Shown: piece by piece, positions 48,201-57,171 of the stretch | Position numbering within the stretch: the stretch's first letter is position 1 | Layout of the letters: each line of letters begins with the position of its first letter | Translations under genes and position numbers: made by a program | Notes under the pieces: generated by a model | The model's database searches: none | Told to the model about the DNA's origin: nothing | The model's input: the letters and a program-made list of their open reading frames with translations, nothing else | IMG/VR virus record: IMGVR_UViG_3300010429_000387 | Location: 160,001 to 224,000 of that record | DNA length: 64,000 nucleotides | Reading direction: 5' to 3' (one strand) | Origin: a virus | Taxonomy: Duplodnaviria > Caudoviricetes

Positions 48201-48533
48201 TGGCAGGCCCTTGCCGCCACAAGCATCCCTGTTCTCGGCCCTTCGGGTAGTTCAGATTCCAGCTACTTCGCCCGAGGGTTCCTTCCTGACAGCATCACGA
48301 GCTGGTATTCAGACGTGACCCTTCGTCAATCCAGCATCCCTACGGCAATCACCGACCTAGAGACCATCCTGGCTTCTGGGGATCGCCTCTATGACAAGAG
48401 GTACACCTGGATTGATGCTCGGATCAACTTGGAGAAGGGGCTTCTGGTAAAGCAACAGCGGGCGGCAGCAGAGCGAGTCAAGGCTCAGACCGACACCCTC
48501 AACCAGCTCATCAAGCTCTTGGCAGTTCAATGA
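42249..48533 (+). CDS. Very large virion structural protein (2094 aa)
   Basis: Beta-rich with repeated motifs (ETGNLNW / STGRVNF / SGAVQF / ATGNLNF; GVQAGDLV / GIQPGDTV / NVQAGDYV) and a helical C-terminus; baseplate context. Confidence 0.7.
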   Translation: MGFSLTGYVIEKPRVGAANSPFTASPDNFVSDPAAYSSTFGSDESDPGRTEYLTIVLVDGDFPVAEFGWTKNEGGLQRFDYDGAEGKFRPLPGGKRQLLGTLSLESNMTRLKVASKPVFSTTVAPFRLSVGNTGSGTTFTVTLVELDADFTTITTSGQAQLSLETGNLNWKDSDLVSNLGQEVYFQQQAFFTLKESKGLLGTLGTDPILLNPIPGQGPTAGTYQAPILRFGFGLYLTPVRVADEASFSVDPTKGTFEWAQSTGRVNFNSSDMTENDGEPVYYDGVLFEKGKRLTKQDLLSVSSPLPVSPLPASGGDLVFRAVNLAFCPSGTATLLSTSLLEDNSVDFLVGGVQAGDLVLITGGPYSGLRRQVVQVAQHQLTVAPPFPATMVATYRVELQAQVHQFPVTSRVTSFTPPGAFGTVQVNNTSGAVQFSVPDQAAYGTWRVEAISGDLPLERGLSMRFFRSPVDLSGTNPAAKDFTSFYPTEEARLADPIIGAPLVFLPTLPIDDPAYPTYYEVQQGTGTFLGPLPRLDVASPPSGYGYTIDFEGKQLSYAFRRNLEVSQIPSVTGAWTLQPLVNPTAALFELDQGTGYLPLHLVGEEPILGPNAGDAILEPTSGVLTFVDEVGTLLLASAGGSVSSLSLGTLHDNSVDFSSIPDNSLLFIYSGTASEEIKGVYTVTGVSDSTHLTFTPALPVFATGVSYEIRQDREVLADRFFEEVSVADPNTKLEKIRILGVCSNSTRLNINKALASVSRFRFGTDRFSTQVNQVATDADFTTLAQGVVEVSLATGNLNFSPSDVSLAPQVYWVWALTSGKDYRISAELGMFQLTERLLSMDELLVTYPASDDNPDPTVTPLVITVERGVFLVRKELTEHTAITSSIPFNKKGRTVATVPAPVVFRGGRPQDDTQVVVNTGSSTITFLPDLIPTPGGALRVTDALPHGAQIGPDERVYIDYNIYEALGGENTITVTKPPFLVSPVQITEGATSFTIKGDRRADFPANYLFRVETEQLYYLGTPTYDAGTGLTTVNLAVGQKFRDSFTNPKLFLSSGATRVASIFLSPGYFVPEVATFESTPRGMSKVKVYGDKTSAYRTGVVVNFSGTLDSVNYSEFYLISGVAYDAKSDRTELTFTQSTARQYSFGQCVMRRSVRPIYEASTTKVQTASSPTVPPAPSGSPPNKLIDTVIVYRRTDGSPGTVLSSPTDFKLDDSGKLEFTEPLAHGEEFSILYTKFRSIQPGQLRSSYTHTISPNADNGLVNQILVSSFTTFIPDSFYFRVETMTNYRGEVAKKYKDDAKASVPSSGPRVSNASQPKLYEQGQKSVFFDEGALVNEDIIARTVLKNYNDTINTLEDILWNLDGRVVGDWDGKFRFDGTLGSTVTDFTLANNQIDDQVQVSPFPITFNPSLTFIGTYIKAYQPGAQSRFYPMRKTGVGKTLTGKDDNAGTGAQLVDFEAKNIIGSDPTVYRRVPRARVIRPAKAGETTLYVDSTAAVDQPPYRPAFSGGMKVVIQDAAGTFYVPQSAPLTVGSVSPTSLIVGALPSDVPAGATVYLGEKDDSYQKSYRVGMDVSFDNEKGYLLYIKPYFPFDGSVPLIPEQLCVQPPNKNELLQGTVSMSNGLTAPKKIPALYGQAFDDSGDQRIPLIGPSMTCENNSGGSGYFDIQLKYVAPSGVLGALPVPFVGVGNLDSLGTTITLASGTFPAPVPQPGDLVRILDGANGPSSFHRITSVGANSLFFENALGTRPTTGFQFLVTTAPNLRVGSFSVMSGVTLTDLTATFQSLGIQPGDTVVLTNSSHLNSKYQRRQVVAVLSETQLVVDYAFTGIVIPETYRICRPLNTFSYKDRLAELAASAGGLVQILSTNPNSEIASADAFFNSVFTDRFPGSVAGTFSGDTLTGAGGVDFVTHNVQAGDYVYAPYPQGSAGLFLVTSVVSSSVLKVKDPPSPGGVTFRVASAFGVVEKSLRTVYEIRKAAYDFVQKPIAWQALAATSIPVLGPSGSSDSSYFARGFLPDSITSWYSDVTLRQSSIPTAITDLETILASGDRLYDKRYTWIDARINLEKGLLVKQQRAAAERVKAQTDTLNQLIKLLAVQ

Positions 48534-48540
48534 GGTCATC

Positions 48541-48747
48541 ATGACGGATGAGACCAAATCAGATGAATCGACACCTGGGACCGACACCGCTACCCCGGAA
48601 GAACCGGTCAAAGCCTCTTGGGAGTACAAGGAAGAGTTCGGCATCGTCCGAGAGATGAAGAAGGTTGTGAACCTGACCAAGCAGGCAACGGAGTTGGAGC
48701 TTGAGGGCCTACGCCGCAAGCTCGAACGTTTGACCTACGGGAGCTGA
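48541..48747 (+). CDS. Hypothetical protein
   Basis: RBS GAGG; 68 aa, fills the gap. Confidence 0.65.
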   Translation: MTDETKSDESTPGTDTATPEEPVKASWEYKEEFGIVREMKKVVNLTKQATELELEGLRRKLERLTYGS

Positions 48748-48750
48748 AAC

Positions 48751-50952
48751 ATGGCGTCAGAGTGGAAGGCCCTAGAGATCAAGATTCCGGGCAAGGACTT
48801 GCTCGAACAGGTGAGGAGCGCCCTGGAAGCGCTTGTCACCTTTATGGAGATCATCAAGGCCCTCCTTGAGACGATCAGCCTGTTTCTCATCGACTTCGGG
48901 AACCCGATCCGTCCAATCGTCGAAGCCCTCCTGAAGCTCATCATGCAGCTCTTCGAGAGCTTGAAGAGGACTGGGCTCTTCGGGTGGTTCGACATCCCGA
49001 ACCCGGCTCAGGACCCGAACTTCGACCGGTGGAAGGGGGGCTACCAAGCCTTCGTGAACCGGTTCAAGGCAAGCCTCTTCGACCCCAAAGACCCATTCCG
49101 CCCTCAACCTCTTCCGAACATCAACCAGAGCGGGTTCGTTCTCATCGTTGCGGACGCTCAAGCCGTCTTCGGTCTTCTTCGGCTCATCAAGATCCTCCTT
49201 CGGTTCTTCGGGAAGGAGCTTCTCTCGGCCAAGTACACGGCCCCAGCCAACGTGAAAGCCTTCCCTGCTGGCAAGAAGCCCAAGGCCATGGGCGGGACGG
49301 ACTACGACCCAATCCTCCAGGTGGCCTCGGTCTTTGGTGCCACCCTGAACGGTATCGCCATCGAGTGGACGCTGGCTACCAACCAGTTCCCCCCTGACCC
49401 TGGGTTCCATGACCTTGTAGGCACGGTGGCAAGCGAGATGATCCCCCAGAAGTGGATCATCGAAAAGACCAGCAATCCTGCTGGGCCAGTTACGGTGACT
49501 CTGGACGCTCAGACCAACTTCGAGACCAAGAAGGGCAAGCCGGTCAAGAGGAAGATCAAGGTCCGTGACGAGAATGGTGACTACTTCCGGAAGTTTGAGA
49601 AGTACATCGTCATCGACCCCTCAACGGCTACCGCTACGTTCCTTCTGGGTCAGCTTGGCACGTTCCGCTACATCGACAAAGAGGTGGAGAAGAACAAGAC
49701 CTATCAGTATCGGGTTCGAGCCTTCAGCGGCCCGTTGAAGGTAGGGTCTGACGGCACCATCGAGCTGGACGACCCGATCTTTGACACCTCGAAGAACGAG
49801 TGGATCCAGAGGTGGCCCACCAAGGACCCCAACGACCCGGTGGTGATGGGCAAGCCGAGCCCAACGGTCACGGGCCGGATTCCGAACATCCCTCCGGATT
49901 TCGATGTCATCACGGTCCTCCAGTACACCTTCCGGATGGCTTTCGCCCTGGGGTTCCACCTGGAGCTGGCCCCGACCTCGACCTTTGACGAGAACGGGAA
50001 GAACACGGGGGACACCCCGGCCACCGAGATTGGAAAGGGTACCTTGTCTGGACTCGGGGGTCCATTGTCTCAGATCATCCCGGCGGTCACTTTGGGCTTC
50101 GTGAACCCGAAGTCCACCTCGATGGCAGCAGGTACCGTTGGAGGTGTGGCTTTCAGTGACAAGGGCATCTCTGAAGTCACACCAGACCCAACATCTGGGG
50201 AGTACCCAGATGTCACACACAACTTCTTCTCGGTGAAGGCTCACTCCGCAAGGTTGGCAGATGCAGTTGGCTCTTCTCTCCTTGAGAACAGCAACATGCT
50301 GGTCCCCCTACGAGACCTTTTCACCACCACGTTGGCTCTTCCAGTCCCATCTGAGGGCAACCTTGCAGGATGCTCGACCCTCAAGGACGTGGTCTACGCC
50401 TTCAACAAGATCCCAGACGACTTCCCCAAGCAGTATCACCAGGAAGTCTACATCACCTATGCGGCAGCCTTCTCCGACCAGAACACTCGACTCGACTTGT
50501 TGTCGGCCGTTCGCTTCATCAAGAGCTTCACTCTTGGTGGGACCCCTCCTGACTGGATCTCGATCAGTCTCCTACGAGACATCATCCCGTGGAGCGGGCA
50601 GTTCATCTACGACCTGCTCAACCGGATTGAGGCTCTAGTTGACGCTTTCAAGTCAGCCATTGACGAGATCAAGGCATTCATCGACACTCTCATCCGGAAG
50701 ATCGACACTCTTGAGCGGTTCATCAAGTACCTGATCGAGCTGTTGAACTATCTGGACTCGTTTTCTGCTGGCTTCTACTTCCTGAACGTCCCAAACACGG
50801 ACAAGGGCATCCCAGGGTGGATTGAGGCGGTGGATAATGCTGGGGGCACACCACCTCCGTCTGGTCCAGGAGGCTATTCGGCTGGAATTGCCCTCGCCTA
50901 CTCAGGGACGAACGTGGACGCCTTCGCTGCTGCATTCAGCCTGATCTTCTAA
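48751..50952 (+). CDS. Virion protein with amphipathic termini and central FN3-like domain
   Basis: YIDKEVEKNKTYQYRVRAF (FN3-like); long amphipathic helices at both ends. Confidence 0.6.
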   Translation: MASEWKALEIKIPGKDLLEQVRSALEALVTFMEIIKALLETISLFLIDFGNPIRPIVEALLKLIMQLFESLKRTGLFGWFDIPNPAQDPNFDRWKGGYQAFVNRFKASLFDPKDPFRPQPLPNINQSGFVLIVADAQAVFGLLRLIKILLRFFGKELLSAKYTAPANVKAFPAGKKPKAMGGTDYDPILQVASVFGATLNGIAIEWTLATNQFPPDPGFHDLVGTVASEMIPQKWIIEKTSNPAGPVTVTLDAQTNFETKKGKPVKRKIKVRDENGDYFRKFEKYIVIDPSTATATFLLGQLGTFRYIDKEVEKNKTYQYRVRAFSGPLKVGSDGTIELDDPIFDTSKNEWIQRWPTKDPNDPVVMGKPSPTVTGRIPNIPPDFDVITVLQYTFRMAFALGFHLELAPTSTFDENGKNTGDTPATEIGKGTLSGLGGPLSQIIPAVTLGFVNPKSTSMAAGTVGGVAFSDKGISEVTPDPTSGEYPDVTHNFFSVKAHSARLADAVGSSLLENSNMLVPLRDLFTTTLALPVPSEGNLAGCSTLKDVVYAFNKIPDDFPKQYHQEVYITYAAAFSDQNTRLDLLSAVRFIKSFTLGGTPPDWISISLLRDIIPWSGQFIYDLLNRIEALVDAFKSAIDEIKAFIDTLIRKIDTLERFIKYLIELLNYLDSFSAGFYFLNVPNTDKGIPGWIEAVDNAGGTPPPSGPGGYSAGIALAYSGTNVDAFAAAFSLIF

Positions 50953-50971
50953 TGGGGGGCGGGTAGCTAGG

Positions 50972-51724
50972 ATGCCATTCGATTTTCTAGGGACTTTCAA
51001 CAAAAGCCAGTTTGAGAGGCTTGCTGCGTATGCAAGGGATCGCCTTGCATACGTGGATGCCCGCATCCTGCACCTGACCATGGAACAGCAGAGGGTCGGT
51101 TTCCTGAAGTTCGCCTTTGACCCAGCCGGAAAGCCGACCTCCTATCTTACCGGATCACCTGGGTTCAACACCTACATCGGAAAGCTCATGGCTGCCTACG
51201 AGGTCATGGGTGGGGACCCGTTCTACGACCTTCAGATGAGGTCCAAGTCTGACCCTGTGTACTACTTGAAGGGGGACGAGGTAGCGACCTCCAAGGTCAT
51301 GTCCAACGGGGAGCCTATCCCTCAGCAGGGGCTCTCCGATGCCCCCTCGGGGAATGCAGTCAGGGGCATCCGAGCCTGGATGGAGGATGGGATCGACCGT
51401 CTTGACCGTCTTGAGCGCAAGGTCCGAAGGGCTGTGGACTACTCCGACCAGCTCCAAGAAGAGATCGATCTTCTGAAGAAGATCAAACAGTCGGTTGAGA
51501 CCGAAGGGTCCCTGGAGAACTTGATTGCTTCAGTGGGGAGTTTGTTCACCGACCCAAGCTACCGAGCTATCTCGGACGACAAGGGTGCCGACCCATTCGG
51601 GAAGTTGATCTATGCCCCAATGTCCTCCTACGACTCTGGTGGTGACCGGTCTGGAGCCGATGGCCTGGTTGTCGAACGAACCGGAGCTGGGGTGGTCATC
51701 TCTGGTGAAGGGGAAGTCGCATGA
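50972..51724 (+). CDS. Hypothetical helical protein in the baseplate cluster
   Basis: 250-aa ORF overlapping the next start (ATGA). Confidence 0.65.
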   Translation: MPFDFLGTFNKSQFERLAAYARDRLAYVDARILHLTMEQQRVGFLKFAFDPAGKPTSYLTGSPGFNTYIGKLMAAYEVMGGDPFYDLQMRSKSDPVYYLKGDEVATSKVMSNGEPIPQQGLSDAPSGNAVRGIRAWMEDGIDRLDRLERKVRRAVDYSDQLQEEIDLLKKIKQSVETEGSLENLIASVGSLFTDPSYRAISDDKGADPFGKLIYAPMSSYDSGGDRSGADGLVVERTGAGVVISGEGEVA

Positions 51725-52842
51725 GCTACGACCGTCAGATTGACCAGTTGTGCCCCCACCTCGTTGTCGAGGAGTTCCTCTATCCGACAGACCGGATGCG
51801 GGTTATCCCCATGCGTCCCATCTCTGCCTCAAACTCAGTGGTCTTGCGGGTCGATGGCATGACCGAGGTCCCTTCCTATGGGGTGGACATCCCTGCAAGC
51901 TCAGGGGGGACGAGAGAAGGTCCATTCACCATCAAGTTGGGGGTGAATGACCTGATGCGGCTTCGGGTGAATAGCGGAGAGTGGCAGAGTGTTGTGATCC
52001 CCCCGTCAGTTCGTTTGTCAGCAAAAAGACTGGCGGACCTGATCTCAGCTCAGGTGTCTGGACTCAGCTTCTTTGCTGACGGGAACCTCGTCAAGTTCAA
52101 GACCAACCTGAGTGGGCGGGACAGCACTGTTTTCATCCACCAAGACAGCACCCTTGCGACTGCCCTGGGCATCAAGGTCAACCGAGAGTACCGAGGGAAG
52201 AGGACCTTCCCTGGATGGTCCCTGGTGAACTACCCGAATACGGTGAGCACTCGCCCTCTTCGGATGATTATCTTCGATGAGCCCCTCGCTGCTGACACCC
52301 ACTTTGTTGAGGTGAACTACACGACAGTCCGTGAGGAGTGCCGTAGGTGTGGCGGTCTTGGGATCGAGAACGACTGGCGCTACACAAATGGTGGGGATGT
52401 TGTCAAGTCCTCCAAAGAAGACCTGCTCATGCAGGAGCTTCAGAAGGTTCTGTACACCGTTCGAGGGTCAAACCCGTTCCACCCTTGGTATGGGACCACC
52501 ATCATCGAGCAGATCGGGCAGAAGCTCATCGTCGGGGGTCTCATCCAGAACAAGATCGTCTCCGACATTCAGACCACCTTCAGTCGGTGGCAGAGCATCA
52601 AGAAGCAGCAGGAGGACAACGTAGGGCAGCCCGTCTCGGACGAAGAGTTCCCCTTTCAGCTTCAGAGTGTCACCCTCGAACAGAGCCAGAAGGACCCCAC
52701 GGTGCTCTTCGTGAATGTTACCGTGCGAAATCGGTCCTTTCGACCGATCCAGTTCTCCCGAGGTCTTCGGATCCCACTCCCTCAGGACTTGCTTGGGTCA
52801 ACCCAACAGGACGCCATCACGAAGGCCGTCCGAAACTACTGA
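51721..52842 (+). CDS. Sheath initiator (gp25/gpW-like C-terminal domain) with N-terminal extension
   Basis: LLMQELQKVLYTVRGSNPFHPWYGT is the gp25-type motif; preceded by CRRCGG; directly upstream of the wedge gene. Confidence 0.7.
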   Translation: MSYDRQIDQLCPHLVVEEFLYPTDRMRVIPMRPISASNSVVLRVDGMTEVPSYGVDIPASSGGTREGPFTIKLGVNDLMRLRVNSGEWQSVVIPPSVRLSAKRLADLISAQVSGLSFFADGNLVKFKTNLSGRDSTVFIHQDSTLATALGIKVNREYRGKRTFPGWSLVNYPNTVSTRPLRMIIFDEPLAADTHFVEVNYTTVREECRRCGGLGIENDWRYTNGGDVVKSSKEDLLMQELQKVLYTVRGSNPFHPWYGTTIIEQIGQKLIVGGLIQNKIVSDIQTTFSRWQSIKKQQEDNVGQPVSDEEFPFQLQSVTLEQSQKDPTVLFVNVTVRNRSFRPIQFSRGLRIPLPQDLLGSTQQDAITKAVRNY

Positions 52843-52858
52843 TTGGGCTAGGTAAGAC

Positions 52859-55800
52859 ATGGCGACGGCACCCCAGATCAAGCTCCGTGACGGTTCTGGA
52901 TACACCCAGAACCTAGTCTTCACCACCAATCAAGAGGCTGTCACCATCGAGGGCAAGGTGGATGTGTCGGCCGCCGACATCCAGGTCTCTGTCAACGGAG
53001 GGGGCTTCGTCTCAGACCCGACCCTGGTGAAGTTCGACCTCCCCAACTTCGTCATCCCCAACCCCGACAACTACCCGGATGGACTCACTCTGGAGCCAGG
53101 GGTCAACCTCATCCTCATCCGAACCATCGACACGATTGGCGGGGTGAGTGGTGCCTCTTCAGCCAACATCACCAGAGTCAGGCAGTCAGATGTTCTTCAG
53201 GTGGTTACCCCCTCGGGCCTCAGGGTTCGTAGGCGTAGGAACTCGGTGGACATTCTCGCTGCCCTCCCAGCTCAGAGGTTCAGCACCACCGGGGCACCCC
53301 TCGACAGCAACTTCAGGGGTTTCAACTTCTACGCCTCTACTACCCCCGGTGGAACCAACGGGTACTACAAGATCAATGCCAAGCTGGTCTCCGCAAAGTC
53401 AACGATCTACGAAGAGAGTGCTCAGCTCATCTCTGCTGAGAGCACAACGTTCGGCAACAGCAACAAGAAGCAGCTCTCCCTCCGTCTGGTAGACCAGGAT
53501 GAGTTCGGGAATGACATCACCGTCCGCCTCGACCAGACCTACGATGTCTCCCTCTACAATGAGAGCCTACGCTTCAAGGCCAGCCTTGAGGACTACCATC
53601 TCATCGAGTTCATCTCGTTCACTCACGTCAGAACTGGGACCGCCTACAGCATCAATGACGATCAGTTTGCCAGCGTCCCGGATACACTGCCGATCTACTA
53701 TGTAGTTACCTCGGTCTACTACGATCCTGCTACTGGACAAGAGGTGGAGAGCGCCTACTCCCAGGAGGTCCTCGGGGCTCCGTTGGTCATCGACACGAAC
53801 CTTCGGGAACTCCCTGGGAGGAACCAGTTTCAGATTGTCACCGACTACGTGACCGCCATCCAGCGGGTCAACCAGGAAGTGAGCCTTGTCCCAGGGTCCA
53901 CGACCCGTGACGTGAGTATCGACCCATTCAGTTCTGAAGCCGAGCGTCTGTACTTCCTCTTGGACTTCGTCCACAAGTGCCAGAGCTTTCTGACTCTTCT
54001 TCAGCTCGACAATGCTAGCGGGAATGGGGTGTCAGACCCGGTTGCCAGCTCTGCCTACAAGAACGCTCTCAAGGCTGCCCTCGGATACAGCACCAACCAA
54101 GCTGTCCAGGCCCTCATTGATGCAGCCTTCGACAAGCTAGCCAGCAACGTCAACAAGAAGAGGCTCCCAGGCCGTCCTGCTGTGGGCCAGGCTGTCTTCT
54201 ACACCTCGACTCGGCCGACCTTCAACCTGACGGTGCCCTCTGGGACCATTGTCAGCACGAGTGCCGATTCCAGCCTTGGGATCCCCTCCGTTCGGTTCCG
54301 GGTTGGTGGGACCTACGTCCTCCCTGCTTCTCAGGCAGACGCCTACTACAACTTCGATACCAAGCGCTACGAGCTTGTGGTTGACATTGTAGCCGAGACC
54401 ATCGGGGCAGACGGGAACCGACCGGCGGGGCAGATCAAGACCTCCTCGGGTGTCTCTGGCTTCCAGGTTACCAACACTGAAGCCACGGTCTATGGTGCCG
54501 ACCAGGAGAGCAACGCAGACCTGGCAGCCAGGGCTCTCCTAGGGTTCGTCTCAGTCGATACTGGCACGGAGGGTGGTTACGCCTCCACCTCAGCCGAGCA
54601 GATCGGGGTCATCAAGGCCAAGGTCGTCAAGGGTGGGGACCCTCTGATGATGAGGGACTACGACCCGGTGCGGCACAAGCACATCGGTGGGAAGGTGGAC
54701 ATCTGGGTCCAGGGCCTTCGGGAACGTCAGGTCTCGGAGAAGTTCGCATTCACCTTCGAGGTGGCCCGAGACGTTCAGTGTCTCATCTTGGACGCTACAA
54801 ACCTCATCTTCCGGGTTCAGGACAGCCGGGTGACGGTAAACACCCCCCTCACTGAGCTTCTGGACAACGTAACCCAGGGCCTTGGAGTTCGTAACGTAAC
54901 CCAGGGCCTCGACTACACCCTCACTGGGGCTCAGATCCTCGACTACCAGACGTTCAAGCTCGACCCTACCATCTCGGGGCAGGTCGAAACGAACGTGGAT
55001 GATGTGGTGGCAGCGGATTACCGCTTCCGAGTGTTCAACCAGTTCCGGTTCTCCTTCCAGCCCGTTCGACGGGTGGTCTCTGTGGTGGGTGAGGTCTCGG
55101 GTGCCCTAAACTCCGTTGGGGGCTACGACCTCTACAAGACGGCCGATCCTCTTCTTGAGGGTGAGAGCACCATCTCCACAGACTACCTCTCGATCAATCA
55201 GGTTGGGGGTATTCCCTCCGGGGAGAGCCTCCTGGTCAACCATGAGGTTCACGTCCTCATTGGGTTCCAGGAGGAGCCTTTGGGGAGTATCGGGATCAAC
55301 ACGAAGACCATCAGGGTTTTCAACGAGGATCGTTCCATCGAGTATGACGGCCCGGACGCTACCCTCCCTGACTATGAGGTCATCGAGGGGACCCCAACCA
55401 CTCCCGTCCGGATTGTCAGGACCTCCACCTCGGACATCTCGAACGGCTCAACAGTGTCCGTGGACTACTCGCATGACGAGAACTTCACGGTCACTTACGT
55501 TATCAACGACCTTCTCCAGCAGCTTCAGCGGACCATCGACTCCCGCAAGCACGCCACGGCTGACGTGGTTGCCAAGCAGGCTATCCAGAACTCCCTGGAC
55601 ATCGAAACCACGGTCCAGCTCCTCTCAGGAGCCACCAAGGACAAGGTTGACCCTGCCATCCGGTCTGGGCTGAGCCTGGAGACGAACAAGCGCCTCATCG
55701 GGCAAGGGATTGCCCAGTCCGACGCCATTCACGCTATCGACGCCACCGAGGGGGTGGACTACCAGGTCATCCCGTTGGCGAAGATGGCCTATGCCGATGG

Positions 55801-56311
55801 GTCCAGGAAGCTCCGGGAGAGCCTCACCTCGGCCTACAAGGATTTGCCCTCCTTGGGGATAGGCGGGAACCTGGCCTACATCCTGACCACTGGCCTACAG
55901 TCACCTACAACCGATGGGGGTGGGTTGGCAACTGAGCACAAGGGGGTCTTCCAGGATGATGAGCCCATGACCCTGAGCACAACGCTCCTCGGGGTGGCTA
56001 CGCTGCCCAACCAGGCGTTCATCATTGGAGCCGCTGGGGCGGTCATTCCGGGCTACTCGGACCCCACCACGCTCATCTCCGAGGGCTTCGTGACCCCAGC
56101 CGACCAGCAAGCAGAGCTTCTCCGAAGGACGGCCAACCATGTCGTCATCTCCATCTCTGGGTCTGGTAGCCCCATCGACATCCCGACCAACCACATCTAC
56201 GCCGTGTCCTATATCGTTCGAGGTGATTCTGGCTCCAAGGACATCTCCTCCTCTGGGGTGGAGTTCATTGAGCTGGGGAACTTCACGATCACTTTCAGGG
56301 AGGCGAAGTAA
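52859..56311 (+). CDS. Baseplate wedge protein (gpJ/gp6/gp47-like)
   Basis: PGSTTRD..DKLASN..AVGQAVF..VPSGTIVST..GADGN..GQI..VTNTEA..GADQESNADL..GTEGGY..GKVDIWV. Confidence 0.8.
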   Translation: MATAPQIKLRDGSGYTQNLVFTTNQEAVTIEGKVDVSAADIQVSVNGGGFVSDPTLVKFDLPNFVIPNPDNYPDGLTLEPGVNLILIRTIDTIGGVSGASSANITRVRQSDVLQVVTPSGLRVRRRRNSVDILAALPAQRFSTTGAPLDSNFRGFNFYASTTPGGTNGYYKINAKLVSAKSTIYEESAQLISAESTTFGNSNKKQLSLRLVDQDEFGNDITVRLDQTYDVSLYNESLRFKASLEDYHLIEFISFTHVRTGTAYSINDDQFASVPDTLPIYYVVTSVYYDPATGQEVESAYSQEVLGAPLVIDTNLRELPGRNQFQIVTDYVTAIQRVNQEVSLVPGSTTRDVSIDPFSSEAERLYFLLDFVHKCQSFLTLLQLDNASGNGVSDPVASSAYKNALKAALGYSTNQAVQALIDAAFDKLASNVNKKRLPGRPAVGQAVFYTSTRPTFNLTVPSGTIVSTSADSSLGIPSVRFRVGGTYVLPASQADAYYNFDTKRYELVVDIVAETIGADGNRPAGQIKTSSGVSGFQVTNTEATVYGADQESNADLAARALLGFVSVDTGTEGGYASTSAEQIGVIKAKVVKGGDPLMMRDYDPVRHKHIGGKVDIWVQGLRERQVSEKFAFTFEVARDVQCLILDATNLIFRVQDSRVTVNTPLTELLDNVTQGLGVRNVTQGLDYTLTGAQILDYQTFKLDPTISGQVETNVDDVVAADYRFRVFNQFRFSFQPVRRVVSVVGEVSGALNSVGGYDLYKTADPLLEGESTISTDYLSINQVGGIPSGESLLVNHEVHVLIGFQEEPLGSIGINTKTIRVFNEDRSIEYDGPDATLPDYEVIEGTPTTPVRIVRTSTSDISNGSTVSVDYSHDENFTVTYVINDLLQQLQRTIDSRKHATADVVAKQAIQNSLDIETTVQLLSGATKDKVDPAIRSGLSLETNKRLIGQGIAQSDAIHAIDATEGVDYQVIPLAKMAYADGSRKLRESLTSAYKDLPSLGIGGNLAYILTTGLQSPTTDGGGLATEHKGVFQDDEPMTLSTTLLGVATLPNQAFIIGAAGAVIPGYSDPTTLISEGFVTPADQQAELLRRTANHVVISISGSGSPIDIPTNHIYAVSYIVRGDSGSKDISSSGVEFIELGNFTITFREAK

Positions 56312-57127
56312 ATGCCTAGGTTCGTCAAGGAGGTGGATCGCCTCAACTACACGATCCAGCAGTCTGGCAAGGAGTACAACATCCGCCTTGCCAACCGCTC
56401 CCAGGTCATCTTCACCAACTTGATGAACCTTCTCCCGTCGAACTACATCTCGACGGTCCAGGGGCCTAGCTACACGCTTGAGCTGAAAGCTGTGGCAGTT
56501 GAACTTGCCAAGCTGGAGCTTGCCCTAGAAGATGTTGAATTTGATAGTGATTTCAAGGGTACACGCTCTGACTTCATCTATAGCCTCATTGGCTACATGG
56601 TGTTCTTGAACGGCAAGCTGCCGTCCACCACGTTTGATGACCAGGAGTTCAAGACCTTCCTGTTGAACGTCATCCGGATCTACTTCCAGGGATCCGTCCC
56701 AGCCTCTATTCGAGAGGGAGTTCAGCTCTTCGTCTCTGGTACTGTTACAGTGACAGAGAACTTTCTCTTGGTCCGAGAGGGTGCTTCTGGCTACGACATC
56801 TCGGACCAGTTCGGTTTTCAAATCTCAATCGACAGCCTGGAGAACACGTTTCCTCCAGACATCTTCGCTGTTGACTCCAACATCCGTTTGATCCTCAACA
56901 TCATTCGGCCCGCCCACACCTTGTTCACGATCAGGTACGTGTTTCGAGACAAGTACGAGCCGAACAAGGACCAGGGTGGCAGGGTTCTTGACGCTCTTCG
57001 TTGGAGGTTGTCGAACTACTACTACGAGGACTTCCGAGGGTACGTCCGTGGCCTGAAAGACAAGGACCGCCTCGGTGTGAAGACGAACCAGCCGGTCTCC
57101 GGCGAGGATCATTCGATGGATTTCTAG
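56312..57127 (+). CDS. Baseplate wedge subunit (gpI/gp7-like)
   Basis: MNLLPSNY..IYFQGSVPASI..LNIIRPAHT motif; follows the J-like gene. Confidence 0.7.
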   Translation: MPRFVKEVDRLNYTIQQSGKEYNIRLANRSQVIFTNLMNLLPSNYISTVQGPSYTLELKAVAVELAKLELALEDVEFDSDFKGTRSDFIYSLIGYMVFLNGKLPSTTFDDQEFKTFLLNVIRIYFQGSVPASIREGVQLFVSGTVTVTENFLLVREGASGYDISDQFGFQISIDSLENTFPPDIFAVDSNIRLILNIIRPAHTLFTIRYVFRDKYEPNKDQGGRVLDALRWRLSNYYYEDFRGYVRGLKDKDRLGVKTNQPVSGEDHSMDF

Positions 57128-57171
57128 CTGGGGAACTACTTATCCCCAGCACCCCTACGGAGGAACCACTC

